A stretch of DNA of 64,000 nt from Candidatus Bathyarchaeota archaeon (GCA_963733055.1 CAVTBR010000003.1:192001-256000); one strand, 5' to 3'; counted from the stretch's first letter, positions 19,517 to 29,670 are shown. The notes: generated by a model from the letters alone, not told the origin. Translations and numbers: made by a program.

Positions 19517-19683
19517 CTATAGACGCGCCAGTGCGCCCAGAAACTGTGGAGACCTCCTGTCTGGGCCAAGAGACAAGGTGCAGCAATTGCTACAACTGGT
19601 GGAACCGTGTCTGCAATTCTTGCGATTTGTGTGGATCGGCGCAGTATGCTCCTTGCGTGCACTGCGATTTCAATATGAGATGA
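19513..19683 (+). CDS. 56-aa protein with 8 Cys
   Basis: ATGA overlap with the upstream ORF; CxxC, CxxCxxC, CxxC. Confidence 0.45.
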   Translation: MTIDAPVRPETVETSCLGQETRCSNCYNWWNRVCNSCDLCGSAQYAPCVHCDFNMR

Positions 19684-19817
19684 CCGTGACCAAGCAGATC
19701 ACTGTCCCTTCGATCAGTCCGTCGCTCATGGGGGTCGTTCCTGGCTAGTGGAGTTTTTCCACTTATGTCTATACTGGGGGGATGGTTTGGTTTGGGGTGT
19801 GAGGTGAAGTTGGATCC

Positions 19818-19931
19818 ATGAGAACCATCAAGGTTCCTGTGGTTGAGTACCCAGCAATGGCCTACCCATACTACCCCTACCCGTACACCTACGCCTGGCC
19901 TTGGCCATACGCCTACGGCTATTACTACTAA
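19818..19931 (+). CDS. 37-aa Tyr/Pro-rich peptide
   Basis: MRTIKVPVVEYPAMAYPYYPYPYTYAWPWPYAYGYYY; GAGGTGA RBS at 19801-19807. Confidence 0.6.
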   Translation: MRTIKVPVVEYPAMAYPYYPYPYTYAWPWPYAYGYYY

Positions 19932-20145
19932 ACCAATAGCCCAGTAGACCACCAAAAGCTGAACCCTCACCCACCCTCTTTCTATTCGATTCACGCAAAA
20001 CTACCGCATGAAGCGACTTTTGGAGTACCGGAAATATTCCACAATCTTTTCCCTCGAAACGGTCCGGAGAAAACATTTGTACTCTTCGAGCGAGTACGGA
20101 GGAGCCTTTATCATTTCGTAAAGCGAGAGCACAAGATGAAGCTCG

Positions 20146-20403
20146 TTGCTCGTAATTGTGAATTTGTCCGCGAGAAATTCAAGCTTCCCTGTGGAAGCGC
20201 TAGCGCAGGCTGACTTGGCCATGGAGGCTGTCGGTTTGAAGAAACAGGTTCGATCCGTATTGGTTCCCGGAAAACAGTTTTCGACAACCTACGAGGGTCC
20301 TACAGTTGAAAAGACTGAGGTAGAGGAAATATTGAAGCCGTTGGCCGAGCGGCATCAAATCACGGCATCAGTCGAAACCGAAGAATCTGTCTCATTCCCG
20401 TAA
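20146..20403 (+). CDS. Hypothetical protein
   Basis: Compact alpha/beta-looking ORF occupying the intergenic space. Confidence 0.5.
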   Translation: MLVIVNLSARNSSFPVEALAQADLAMEAVGLKKQVRSVLVPGKQFSTTYEGPTVEKTEVEEILKPLAERHQITASVETEESVSFP

Positions 20404-20425
20404 GAACCTGAACGGCTCTTAATCG

Positions 20426-20846
20426 TTACACAACCTGGATTTCATCTGGGTTAAACGCGGTCCTGTCCTGGGTTAGTACCCATGCTGCAAAGTCGCGTGG
20501 TTCACCATTTTGGACGGATAATACTAGATACGCGAAATTAGGCCAAGCATACTCTAGATCGAGTTGGGATGGTTGGACTGGGGCGTCGGGGTGAGAATGG
20601 TAGACGCCGATCAGGTCGAGTTTAGACTTTCGTGCCTCTTCATCGGCACGTACCAACTCCAAGGGGTCAATGGTGTACCGCCTGCGCTTTGAGGGTGTAG
20701 CCACGTTCTGGGCCGCGAGCGCGTGGTGCACTCTCCTCGCAGTCCGAGGTCAAACCGATCAGGAAACCGCAACATTCCTCTGGGTAAGCGCTTCTTGCGT
20801 GGGTGGTTATGTACTGAAGCTGATCGGCTCGAATGACTATTACCAA
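20426..20846 (-). CDS. JAMM/MPN+ (M67) metallopeptidase, 1-nt frameshift near 20740
   Basis: YPEECCGFLIG in one frame; YHSHP...PS..D in the next. Confidence 0.85.
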
Positions 20847-21064
20847 TTTTCGAACCTGACTACCTTTGCACGGCGTATTTGAGGAATAGGTTGAGGGCAT
20901 TCCTTTTGACATTTGTCTGTCAAACTTGGTCGTCAAGTCTATTGGCACTCTCTGTTGCCGGTGCGAATTTTGGTTGTTTCAGTTTCACTCAGCTCAGATG
21001 ACGTTGCGCACCCTGGCTGCGTTATATCGCGAATCTCCGTACGTTGCTTCGCATTACAGTTTGA

Positions 21065-21259
21065 ATGGTGAATTGGCTGTTGCTTGAGGGATCTGCGAAA
21101 ATCATTCTGCCCAGCCGAGGCGACCGGAGCAAGACTGGAATACTGTACATACCCGCGGATGTTGTCAAGGATTCATTGTTCCCGTTCAGCCCTGACCAGG
21201 AAGTTGTTGTTCGAATTGACGGTAAGAAGTTAGTAATTGAAGGAGCTGCACTGTTTTGA
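21065..21259 (+). CDS. AbrB/SpoVT-like small protein, first gene of the actin operon
   Basis: LYIPA.VV.DS.FPF...QEV.VRIDG.KLVIE; stop overlaps the actin TTG start. Confidence 0.65.
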   Translation: MVNWLLLEGSAKIILPSRGDRSKTGILYIPADVVKDSLFPFSPDQEVVVRIDGKKLVIEGAALF

Positions 21260-22529
21260 ATGGCGACAACTATCGAAGCCACTATACCTTCGCGATGGAC
21301 TTCGGGACCAGCGACTTCAAATTTGGTCCGATTACACTGGGCGAAAACCCGAGAATTGTGAACAATCGTGGCTATTTCCCTGACAAGAGCTCCGTCATGT
21401 ACAAGGCCTTTGAACCCACTTCCGACGTAATTGTTGGAGACGACGTGCCCCTCTACCTGCAGTCCGCCGAAGATTTGTCGAGCCGCTTAATCTACCCCAT
21501 GCGTAACGGAATGATCGACAAAGGCGACGATCAAGCGTGGCGCATGGTAAACAGTCTTACCTCCTACAGCTTAGACGAGTTCAAACCCCAACCAAACAAC
21601 GGCTTTCAAGGATACTACGTGGTCGCCTCCCTGTCCTCGGTCTCCCCCCGATACATGTACGAAAGACTGCTAGCCCAATTTCAAGAGAACAACCACGGAA
21701 AAATCAAGGCCGTCACAATCATTCCGCAACCTTTTGCGGTAGCGATTGGCCACGGAGTCACTACTTGCGTGGTCATTGAGTCAGGACACGGGAACAGTCA
21801 AGTCTGCCCAATCTCAAAATATCCTATCCGGGCGGCTCAGGTAGCGTTGAACCGAGGCGGCGGGGACGCACGAATGCTATAACTTCAGAGATTCTGAAGG
21901 ATTCTGGTTATGGCGATTTAGCAAATGAGGAGGCCGTGGTTAGGAAGGTTAAGGAGAACATCGGACTAGTCCCCGCGAATTTAGATAACGCAATCGCCGA
22001 TGCGAAGAAGTTCCCGCGAAAAGCCAGAGCGAAGTACAAAGTCCCCGGCACACGTGTCGAGATAGATCTTGAAAAGGACTCGTGGTCAAGGTTCCTGATC
22101 GGCGAGTACGTCTTCAACCCCAACCATGAGATCTTCGAGAGCTACTTTGGTCGCGGAATGCCAAGGCCCAAGGACGTCAAAATGGGCGACACGATCTTCA
22201 AGGGCATGCTCGATTTCGGAGAGGCGATAATCGCCTCCGTTGAAAGATGCCCGGTTGAACTGCAACCCATGCTCTACCGCGAAGTACTCCTCTCAGGCGG
22301 AAACTTCAGCTGGACCGTACCTCCTAAACTGCAAGACACCGCTGTCGACGCACCTACGAAAGTGCGCCTTCTGCTCCGGGACCGAGGTATCAAGAATGTT
22401 TCAGTCAAAATGACCAGCTCCCCCCAGTTCTCGGTTTGGCATGGGTGCATAATCTATGGTTTCGCTGTTCCGGAGAATTATGATTGGGATTGGCAGCGGT
22501 TGGAGGGGTGGATGAAAGTTTCAAGCTAG
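21256..22529 (+). CDS. Crenactin-like archaeal actin (about 423 aa), split by a 2-nt insertion near 21870
   Basis: DFGTS..KFG, IYPMRNG, IESGHG..QV.PI, NRGG..A|NAIT.EILKD.GY, LSGG.F, PQFSVW.G. Confidence 0.9.
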
Positions 22530-22569
22530 CCTTCCGGTTGAAGAGCGCGTTCTCCACTATTTTCTCGCG

Positions 22570-23250
22570 ATGGGCGCACAACAAACCCCCAACCCTGATC
22601 CGAACCAAGGAGGCCTCTCATTTCTTGTCGGCGCGGAAAACGTTCACGTCATGGTTTTGAAAACCCAGGACCTGGCCAAACGAAACTCTATCATCGACAC
22701 GGTCCTGAAGCTATCCTCGCTCAGGAATTCATATCAAACCGTCTACCTCGTCGCGCCTAGGCTACTGGGAGCAACGATAGACGCTGCCATATTCAGAGCC
22801 CACGGAATCGGGCTGCTATTCTTCGATGAACGAAGGATCGATGAAGCTGTGGCACCACAACGGCAAGAACCGCGGCCACAAAACACTCAGTCCGCACGGG
22901 ACCCAGGTCTCGTGAGCGAGCTGGCGACTCTAAAGTCGATGTATCATGAAATGGAACGAAACCTGAGCCAACTCCGCGACGATCTCAAGAACCTACATGA
23001 AGCTCCCCGGCGTGCCGGATTCTCGCCTCAACCTTCTCAGCCTCTCCAAGGGGTTCGCCCCGAACTAGTACTCGCTCCAAACATGAACCAAGACGAGGCT
23101 CTACACGCTTACTTCACCAACAACCCCGCCGACCCACCCCCCCCTAGGGGGGGGTCCCTAGGAGACCTACCGTCCTACTTCAGCAACAACCCTTGGCTGG
23201 ACGTGCTGTCAAAGCGCGGAAGATCGGAGAACGGACTCGTTGCCGGCTGA
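22570..23250 (+). CDS. Arcadin-2-like protein
   Basis: Directly after actin; nuclease-like N domain (GIGLL), coiled coil, C-terminal LPSYFSNNPWLDVLSKRG. Confidence 0.75.
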   Translation: MGAQQTPNPDPNQGGLSFLVGAENVHVMVLKTQDLAKRNSIIDTVLKLSSLRNSYQTVYLVAPRLLGATIDAAIFRAHGIGLLFFDERRIDEAVAPQRQEPRPQNTQSARDPGLVSELATLKSMYHEMERNLSQLRDDLKNLHEAPRRAGFSPQPSQPLQGVRPELVLAPNMNQDEALHAYFTNNPADPPPPRGGSLGDLPSYFSNNPWLDVLSKRGRSENGLVAG

Positions 23251-23515
23251 AATCGTCATTAAGGTCCCGATCAGGAGGATCACAGTCGTTATCGACACTC
23301 AGGACCAACTGGCTCCTGAGATGACGATTGATGACTTTCGCCATATGTTTGGGCAAGAACCTGAGTCGCCACGATACCGGCTGGTCAACATCGAGGTGAT
23401 AACTTCTCCCGACGACCAGCAACCGATGCTCGTCTCCGAATGCGGGCGGTACGGCAGATTCGTCCGAAGAGAGTCCGAAAACGTATACTTCCGTCGACCA
23501 CTGGAGACATTCTAG
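23240..23515 (+). CDS. Small actin-operon protein (arcadin-3-like?)
   Basis: Overlaps the arcadin-2 stop; degenerate version of the Cys motif seen at 53149. Confidence 0.55.
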   Translation: MPAEIVIKVPIRRITVVIDTQDQLAPEMTIDDFRHMFGQEPESPRYRLVNIEVITSPDDQQPMLVSECGRYGRFVRRESENVYFRRPLETF

Positions 23516-23793
23516 CGCCCAAACACCATTCTAGGGGCCTCCGGCCCATCCAGGTCAAGTTTGGGTTTACTTCACTGTTTTCGACGGGGTAGGCGCCGAA
23601 ATGTGAAAAATACCCGCACTAAGCGGCGGTTGCAAGGGGGAAATGCTAAAATTCGACGCAAGCTTTTTATACGCTCCGTGGGTAGTTATTATAGATTTCG
23701 GGCCGGATGACGTGATTCTCGAGCAGAACGACCGGCGTTCTACTGGAGGAGATAGATGGTCCGAGCGTCAAGCATCGAAAAAAGTGAAAAGAA

Positions 23794-24726
23794 ATGAGCA
23801 CAAGCACATCGACAAGAAAAGTTGGAAAGTTAACTAATTGTCCTGAATGCGGAAGCACAAACCTTGTAGAAGATTATGATGTTGGCGAGATCAGTTGCCA
23901 TAACTGTGGCCTAGTCATAAGTGAACACTCCCTAAACACAGGGCCCGAATGGCGCGCCTTCACAAAAGAGGAAAAAGATGAACGAGGCCGCGTAGGCATC
24001 CCCACATCATTCTCCATTCACGACAAAGGATTATCAACCGTAATCGATCGTGTGAACCGGGACGCATACGGCCGACAACTGCCCCTAGCGACCAGGCTCG
24101 AAATGCTGCGCCTCAGGAAATGGCAGATACGAACCCGAGTCCACTCCTCAGCCGACAGAAACCTCGCGCAAGCAATGGCTGAACTCGACCGCTTAACCGA
24201 CATGCTCCACATACCCGCCTCCATAAAAGAACGTGCAGCAATCGTCTACCGAAAAGCCCTCGACAACGGATTAGTCAGAGGTCGTTCAATCGCAGCAATA
24301 GCTGCCGCTTCACTCTACGCCGCATGCCGAATGTCCGAAACTCCCAGAACACTCAAAGACGTATCAGCCGCTAGCAGAATCCGCAAGAAGGACGTTGCAA
24401 GATGCTACCGACTCCTCGTCCGAGAACTTGACCTCCGGATGCCCGTTGAGGATCCTGTGAAATGCATTTCGAAGATAGCTACGAAGGTCGAAATCTCGAT
24501 GCCTACTCAGCAGCGTGCTATTCGGATAATTAACGAGGCAAAGCGAAAAGGCATCGTCGCAGGCAAGGACCCGATGGGGTTGGCAGCGGCTTCGCTGTAC
24601 GTCGCATGCGTTCTCGAAGGCGAGAAAAAGACCCAGAAAGAGATAGCTGAAGTAGCTAACGTCACCGAGGTAACAGTCAGAAACCGATACAAGGGCCTGA
24701 AGGAAGCCCTCAAACTCGACATCTAG
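23794..24726 (+). CDS. tfb: Transcription initiation factor IIB
   Basis: CPECG zinc ribbon, GPEWRAF, two cyclin repeats, VTEVTVRNRYK. Confidence 0.97.
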   Translation: MSTSTSTRKVGKLTNCPECGSTNLVEDYDVGEISCHNCGLVISEHSLNTGPEWRAFTKEEKDERGRVGIPTSFSIHDKGLSTVIDRVNRDAYGRQLPLATRLEMLRLRKWQIRTRVHSSADRNLAQAMAELDRLTDMLHIPASIKERAAIVYRKALDNGLVRGRSIAAIAAASLYAACRMSETPRTLKDVSAASRIRKKDVARCYRLLVRELDLRMPVEDPVKCISKIATKVEISMPTQQRAIRIINEAKRKGIVAGKDPMGLAAASLYVACVLEGEKKTQKEIAEVANVTEVTVRNRYKGLKEALKLDI

Positions 24727-27492
24727 TTCGACTGACTTGGCTGCCTAGCCATCTCAACCTTTTTCTTTACTCTACCGACCAGTTCTTCCTTAGTCATTCC
24801 GAAGATTATCTTCAAACATTCTAAGACGTCCGATACTGGGTGAACGGAAACCCCTTCCTCGTCTAGTACCCGCATCTCGTCTTTCGCGGCTTGGGCGTTT
24901 GCGACTGGCAAAACCAAATCCGTGACATGAACTCTCTGAGATTTCAGAATCCCAACAACCTTCCCGGTCTGTGTCCCGTAACCGCCTAAGCCACCTACCG
25001 GCCCAACATCAAGCTTAACACCAATTGTTCCGGTCGCAACGATCGTCGGAGAGATCGGTAGTCCCGCTAACTCGGAGAGGAGAGCCAGCACCATCGCTAA
25101 CCCTGCGCTAGGTCCCGAAACTCCTTGCCCAGGTGCGCCTTCAAGTATGCTTCTGATTTGAAAGTGGACGTGTAGTCGGCTGAGGTCCACCTGGGAGTTG
25201 GCCCATAGAAGTGAGCTGACTGCCTCCGTGGCGTTCTCTGCACTCTGAAGAACTGAATCATCAGAAACTACCACCTGCCCGACAACGGCTGAAGTGGCAT
25301 TCCCAGTCACAGAGACTTGGCGTTCACTCTGTATCAGCGGTCTCACTGAACACTGAACTGTGATTACACCTCCACTGCCATCCTCGGTTGCGTATAATCC
25401 AAACGACGCTGCCCGGTGTGGGTTGGGTCAGGATTAGGGCTTCTTCCATCTCCCTTCTTTGTCTGGTCTGATTCGACTCCAAGCCCTGAATTGCTTTTTC
25501 GAAATGGTACAGGCGAATTGGATAGTTATTCTCGTTAAGCTCATCGAATGATTGAGTTGGATCTGAGCCGTCGAGTTGAAACACGTCACGAAGCCTGGCT
25601 AGGTCGGCAGAGTACTTCTGTTGCATCGCGGTTCTTTCTACTTCGTTCTTGCTCGCGCGTAACTCATATGCTGCGCTTATCTCCGATGCCCATAGTCTGT
25701 GAGCTTCCGCTATCGTTTCAGATGCGGCCCTTGGGCTTAGGATTCGTTGCATTCTGAACAGGCGGGTGATTTTGGAGGCATCGACTTCGGGATGAATGAA
25801 GCGATCGAATCTTTGTAGGTGGATCTCGACGACTTCGTTCCACTCCCGATCGTTCAAGGGCGGGTGAACGTAGTAGACGTTTGGTTCAAACCTGTCCCTC
25901 GTTGCCTGATCGATAAGGTTCTCCTTGTTGGACGCGGCGATCACGACGATTCCTTCGTCGGGTTTGATTTCGCTTAACTCAGCTTTCACTTGCGCCAAAA
26001 TCTTGTTTCCCGTTGGATCCGCTCCCCAGAAGATTGCGTCGGCCTCGTCAAGGAAAAGTATGCATGGACTTCTCTGTCTAGCTAAAGCGAATAGGTCCTT
26101 GATTCGTTTCTCCGGTTCGCCAATGTAAGCCGCTCCACTCATCAGTTCGCCACCTCTGACTTTGATGAAAGCGACTTTGTTCTCGGCAGCCGCCGCTAAC
26201 GCGAGTAGGGTTTTGCCGGTTCCGGGTGGCCCGAAGAGTAGGAACCTGCAATTCGATGCGTATCCGAGTTCCGACATCTTCCTGCTAAATGCAAGTGAAA
26301 TATGGTTCAGCACTTTATCTCTGATGTCATGGAGTCCGCCGATCTCTTTCCTTGCGACTTTGGGACTGATCAAGTATACTGCGTCAGTGATCTCTCGTGA
26401 TTTTTCCCGCTCCACATAGAACTTCATTGAATGTGCTGCTTGCGCGAAATCATCCAAGCCCACTTTGTAAATTGGTTTGGTCCACTTTGATAATGGCCCT
26501 GGCATCGAGCGTCTGATCGTCTCAAGTAGGGGCACCTCTTTGGCTCGTTTCACCTCTCGAAATACGCCGAGTATATCATTGGGTGTGATCGAACCGTGCC
26601 TTCGTAGAACCGCCTCTCGTTCTAGAACCTCAAGGATCTCCACCGACGAAATGCCTCTCCAACCTTCGGCGGCAAGCTTATCCTCAACAATTGCTAGCAG
26701 CATCTCCCTCGTCACCCCAGAGTCTAGGTCGACACGGGTGAGTCGGCGACGGATGTCTTCGCGAGTTTGCTCGTAAGAATTCGTGGCGACTATCACGAGG
26801 GTTCGTGCTTCATTCGTGGTGATCTTGTCGAGCCAACGGTTGATTTCGTCCTGCACTCTCGTGTCCTCTAGCTCAGTTCCCGTATCGCCACGAACCTTTC
26901 TCCCGAAGCTTTGGAACTCGTCGATATAGACAACGGAAGGAGTTGAAGCCGCTTGCTCCAGAAGCTTCCCTAGTTGCTTAGTGCTTCTACCGTAGTATTC
27001 AGAGAATACGTCAGATCCTTTGATTATGATAGGTGACAGGTAGATTCCGTTCTTGTGAGCCTCAAGCAGCATCTGTTTCAGCGAAACCATCGTCAGGAAC
27101 GTTTTCCCAGTTCCACTTTCGCCGGTGAGGCAAATCGCTTTGGGAAGCTCATCTTTATCGAACCATTTTCGAAGCATCGGATGCTTCAGAACGTGAAGCC
27201 TGAATGAATCTAACAGAAGGTTGTATTCCTTATCGCGTCCGATTAGTTTCTCAGCCGAGAACCTAGCCGGGGGGTACAACCTGTCTAGGCGTAATTGTAT
27301 TTTCCGAAACTTCCGCGGCGAAATCTTTGACTTCCGCCATTTCACAAACTCCCTATCCACAAGTCTGAGCGGCACATAGTTTGCCCACCGCAAGGGCGCT
27401 GCCTTCTTCCACCACACATCTTTAGAGCCAGTTTCTAGGTTGGGTTGGGAACCTGCTTCGATGTCGTCGAATTGCTCAGCCATGTTACTCAC
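24723..27492 (-). CDS. Tandem AAA+ ATPase (CDC48-like D1-D2) fused to a Lon S16 protease domain; 1-nt frameshift near 25410
   Basis: GESGTGKT/YIDE, GPPGTGKT/FLDE; shifted frame continues PG|ASFGLYATEDGSGG into GPSAG, TGTI, PVGG. Confidence 0.8.
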
Positions 27493-28378
27493 TTTCTAGG
27501 GGCTTTAGGTCGAACGCTTTTTCAAGAGTGAAACGGATCAGGTAAGCGATGATAACCGCTCCCAGCGCAAATCCTACAACGAAGAGATCCCAAAGTGAGA
27601 GGAGGTTCAGCGAGACCAGAAACATGAACCGCAAGACGAATAGAAGAATCAGTTCCCCTCCCATGATCGCCACGATTGCGACAAAGGATACTAGCAGGAA
27701 CTTGTAACCGATATCCAGCCAGAGGTACGCCTTCTCTCCGCTGTCTAACCGCTGCGCCGACCCTTCTTTGCTCGCAGCCTCACGTCGAATCCACAAGCCG
27801 CCTACTACAAAAAATTGTACGCCTAGTAGTAAGTATAGGGCCTTCACCCACAACGGGAACGCCTGACCGAAGTTGCCGATCCAACCCGCAAAACTGTCCC
27901 AGGGTGAAATCGAGGGGGCTATGGCTATCATGTTGACAGGCTTGGGGTTGAAGTAAACATTAACGTCGAGTTCGAACGATCCACCCGAAACGTAGAAACT
28001 CGTACTGTTTTCGACAGTGTTAGTTCCACCCTGTTTGACAAAGAGGTTAATCGTATAATCTGTCGCCTGACTGAACATCACTCTCACCTCATAGTCGCCT
28101 GCGGTTGCAGATTGGAGTCCGAAATTGTTCGTCGGGTATTGGCTTGGTTTGGCGAGCTGGGCGGCGGAGAGGTTGCCTTGGACAAAGGCCTGTTGTATGG
28201 CAGGGTGGTCGCTTTGAATAATCAGGGAGTCCCCGGCGTTCAGTTGCATGGCCTCGGTTCGTACCGGTGTTTGATCAGCTCGAGCGACTTGAATGCCGGC
28301 CATTAGGATGGGGAGTATGAGTATGAGCAGAAGGTACAATGCAGGCGCTAGTTTTCCATGTGACTGCACGTTGGCCAT
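27485..28378 (-). CDS. Membrane protein with signal peptide, extracellular beta domain and C-terminal TM helices
   Basis: Hydrophobicity pattern; stop overlaps the AAA-Lon start. Confidence 0.75.
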   Translation of the reverse strand: MANVQSHGKLAPALYLLLILILPILMAGIQVARADQTPVRTEAMQLNAGDSLIIQSDHPAIQQAFVQGNLSAAQLAKPSQYPTNNFGLQSATAGDYEVRVMFSQATDYTINLFVKQGGTNTVENSTSFYVSGGSFELDVNVYFNPKPVNMIAIAPSISPWDSFAGWIGNFGQAFPLWVKALYLLLGVQFFVVGGLWIRREAASKEGSAQRLDSGEKAYLWLDIGYKFLLVSFVAIVAIMGGELILLFVLRFMFLVSLNLLSLWDLFVVGFALGAVIIAYLIRFTLEKAFDLKPLESE

Positions 28379-28455
28379 GCTCTCCGGGATGAAACCGGTT
28401 TTGTTCTGTCAAAGTTTGGCGTATATTAATGTTCCGAACACGGAACATTAGTGTT

Positions 28456-28665
28456 TCATGGCCGGTCTTGGTCTTCAGCTGACTCGTCCAGCTCCAAAAC
28501 AAGACTCCCAAAATAACCGCACTCTTCACACGCGTAGAGTGGCGGCAATAACCAGCCATTCAAAGACCCCCGCTGCTTAATCTTCAAGCTGCCACAGACG
28601 GGACACGCCTGAGGGACGGGGCCTGAATGTTTCAGACCCTTCATTGCATCGAAGAAAGAACTCAA
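28456..28665 (-). CDS. Small zinc-ribbon protein
   Basis: CPVCGS...GWLLPP.Y.C.ECGY.G. Confidence 0.75.
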   Translation of the reverse strand: MSSFFDAMKGLKHSGPVPQACPVCGSLKIKQRGSLNGWLLPPLYACEECGYFGSLVLELDESAEDQDRP

Positions 28666-28687
28666 TTCGACTTCACGAAAACTCGAA

Positions 28688-29008
28688 TCAATGGATTTCT
28701 ATTGAGGTTTCCGGAAATCCGAACTGTACGAGCAGCTTCTTGACCTTCCCGCGGTGGTCGCCCTGAAGCATTATCAATCCTTCTTTCGAGGTTCCACCGC
28801 AAGCACAGTAAGTCTTCAGTTTCGCACCGAGGTCTCCAAGATCAACGCTCTTGGAGTTTATACCTTCGATTATGGTAGTGGCTTTGCCCCATTTTCTAGT
28901 TTCGAGGCGGACCTTGACAAGCTGCTGCTCCATGCTGATAGTTCCGCAGACACAGAGATCTTTTGGAAGCCCACAAGTTGGGCATACTTCCGCCATTATT
29001 TGCGTCAA
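28688..29008 (-). CDS. Translation initiation factor SUI1/aIF1
   Basis: CGLPKDLCVC, LK..CACGGT.K, LQGDHR. Confidence 0.95.
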   Translation of the reverse strand: MTQIMAEVCPTCGLPKDLCVCGTISMEQQLVKVRLETRKWGKATTIIEGINSKSVDLGDLGAKLKTYCACGGTSKEGLIMLQGDHRGKVKKLLVQFGFPETSIEIH

Positions 29009-29139
29009 TTACTCCTTTTCTAGTTGAGACGATAGCGGCCCGAATAATATTTAAGCCTATGTCTAAACTCTCGGAATTTCGACACGTGAAACTCTCGCTT
29101 GAAGGCGGCGCATGGGAAGACAGTAACGGCTTGATTGCA

Positions 29140-29670
29140 ATGCCACAACCCACTAATCCTCACGACCACGATAACGATCATGAAATTTCAATTGAAACTC
29201 TTTCAACCCCGCCACTCAAGATTCCACCAGCCCCTCTGAGCAACCGGCTTTTAGCCGGCGTTATTGATTCGATCATCATTTCCTTAGCGTGGTTTGCCCT
29301 CATAAGCGCTCAACATGCAACCACTTCGTTATTCCCAGTCCAGCTGACGCTCAGTGACGCATATCTTTGGGCGATCGCATTCGTATACTACTTTCTGCAA
29401 GAAGGATTATTCGCCTCGACTATTGGCAAAACTTTGATGAAATTGCGTGTCGTGGAAAAAACTGGTGACCCATGTTCGTTCGCTGGATCGTTCAAGAGGA
29501 ACATCCTGCGTTTCATTGACTGGCTCCCCGCTCTGTACATTCTCGCTGCAGTAGTTATTTCCGTATCAAAGGAAAAGCAAAGGCTTGGAGATATTGTTGC
29601 CAAGACGATTGTTACCCCTATTCCTGCAAAGGACATCAACCCGCCACCTGCCCCGTTCCTTTTCCACTAA
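29140..29670 (+). CDS. RDD family membrane protein
   Basis: R.LA..ID, TIGK..MKLRV, RNILR.ID, QRLGD..A.T. Confidence 0.88.
   Translation: MPQPTNPHDHDNDHEISIETLSTPPLKIPPAPLSNRLLAGVIDSIIISLAWFALISAQHATTSLFPVQLTLSDAYLWAIAFVYYFLQEGLFASTIGKTLMKLRVVEKTGDPCSFAGSFKRNILRFIDWLPALYILAAVVISVSKEKQRLGDIVAKTIVTPIPAKDINPPPAPFLFH

Noticed and set aside
19590-19994. 134-aa minus-strand ORF with GVGVRVGVV repeats
   Set aside because: It is the antisense shadow of the Tyr/Pro-rich peptide, which has the RBS.
17430-20000. Integrated element at the tRNA 3' end
   Set aside because: No integrase and no duplicated tRNA 3' end were found in the window.
23131-23160. C8-TA-G8 hairpin as a second mRNA BHB intron
   Set aside because: It can be drawn as a BHB-like fold, but the ORF is already intact and removing 22 nt would destroy the conserved NNPW tail; the outer helix is missing.
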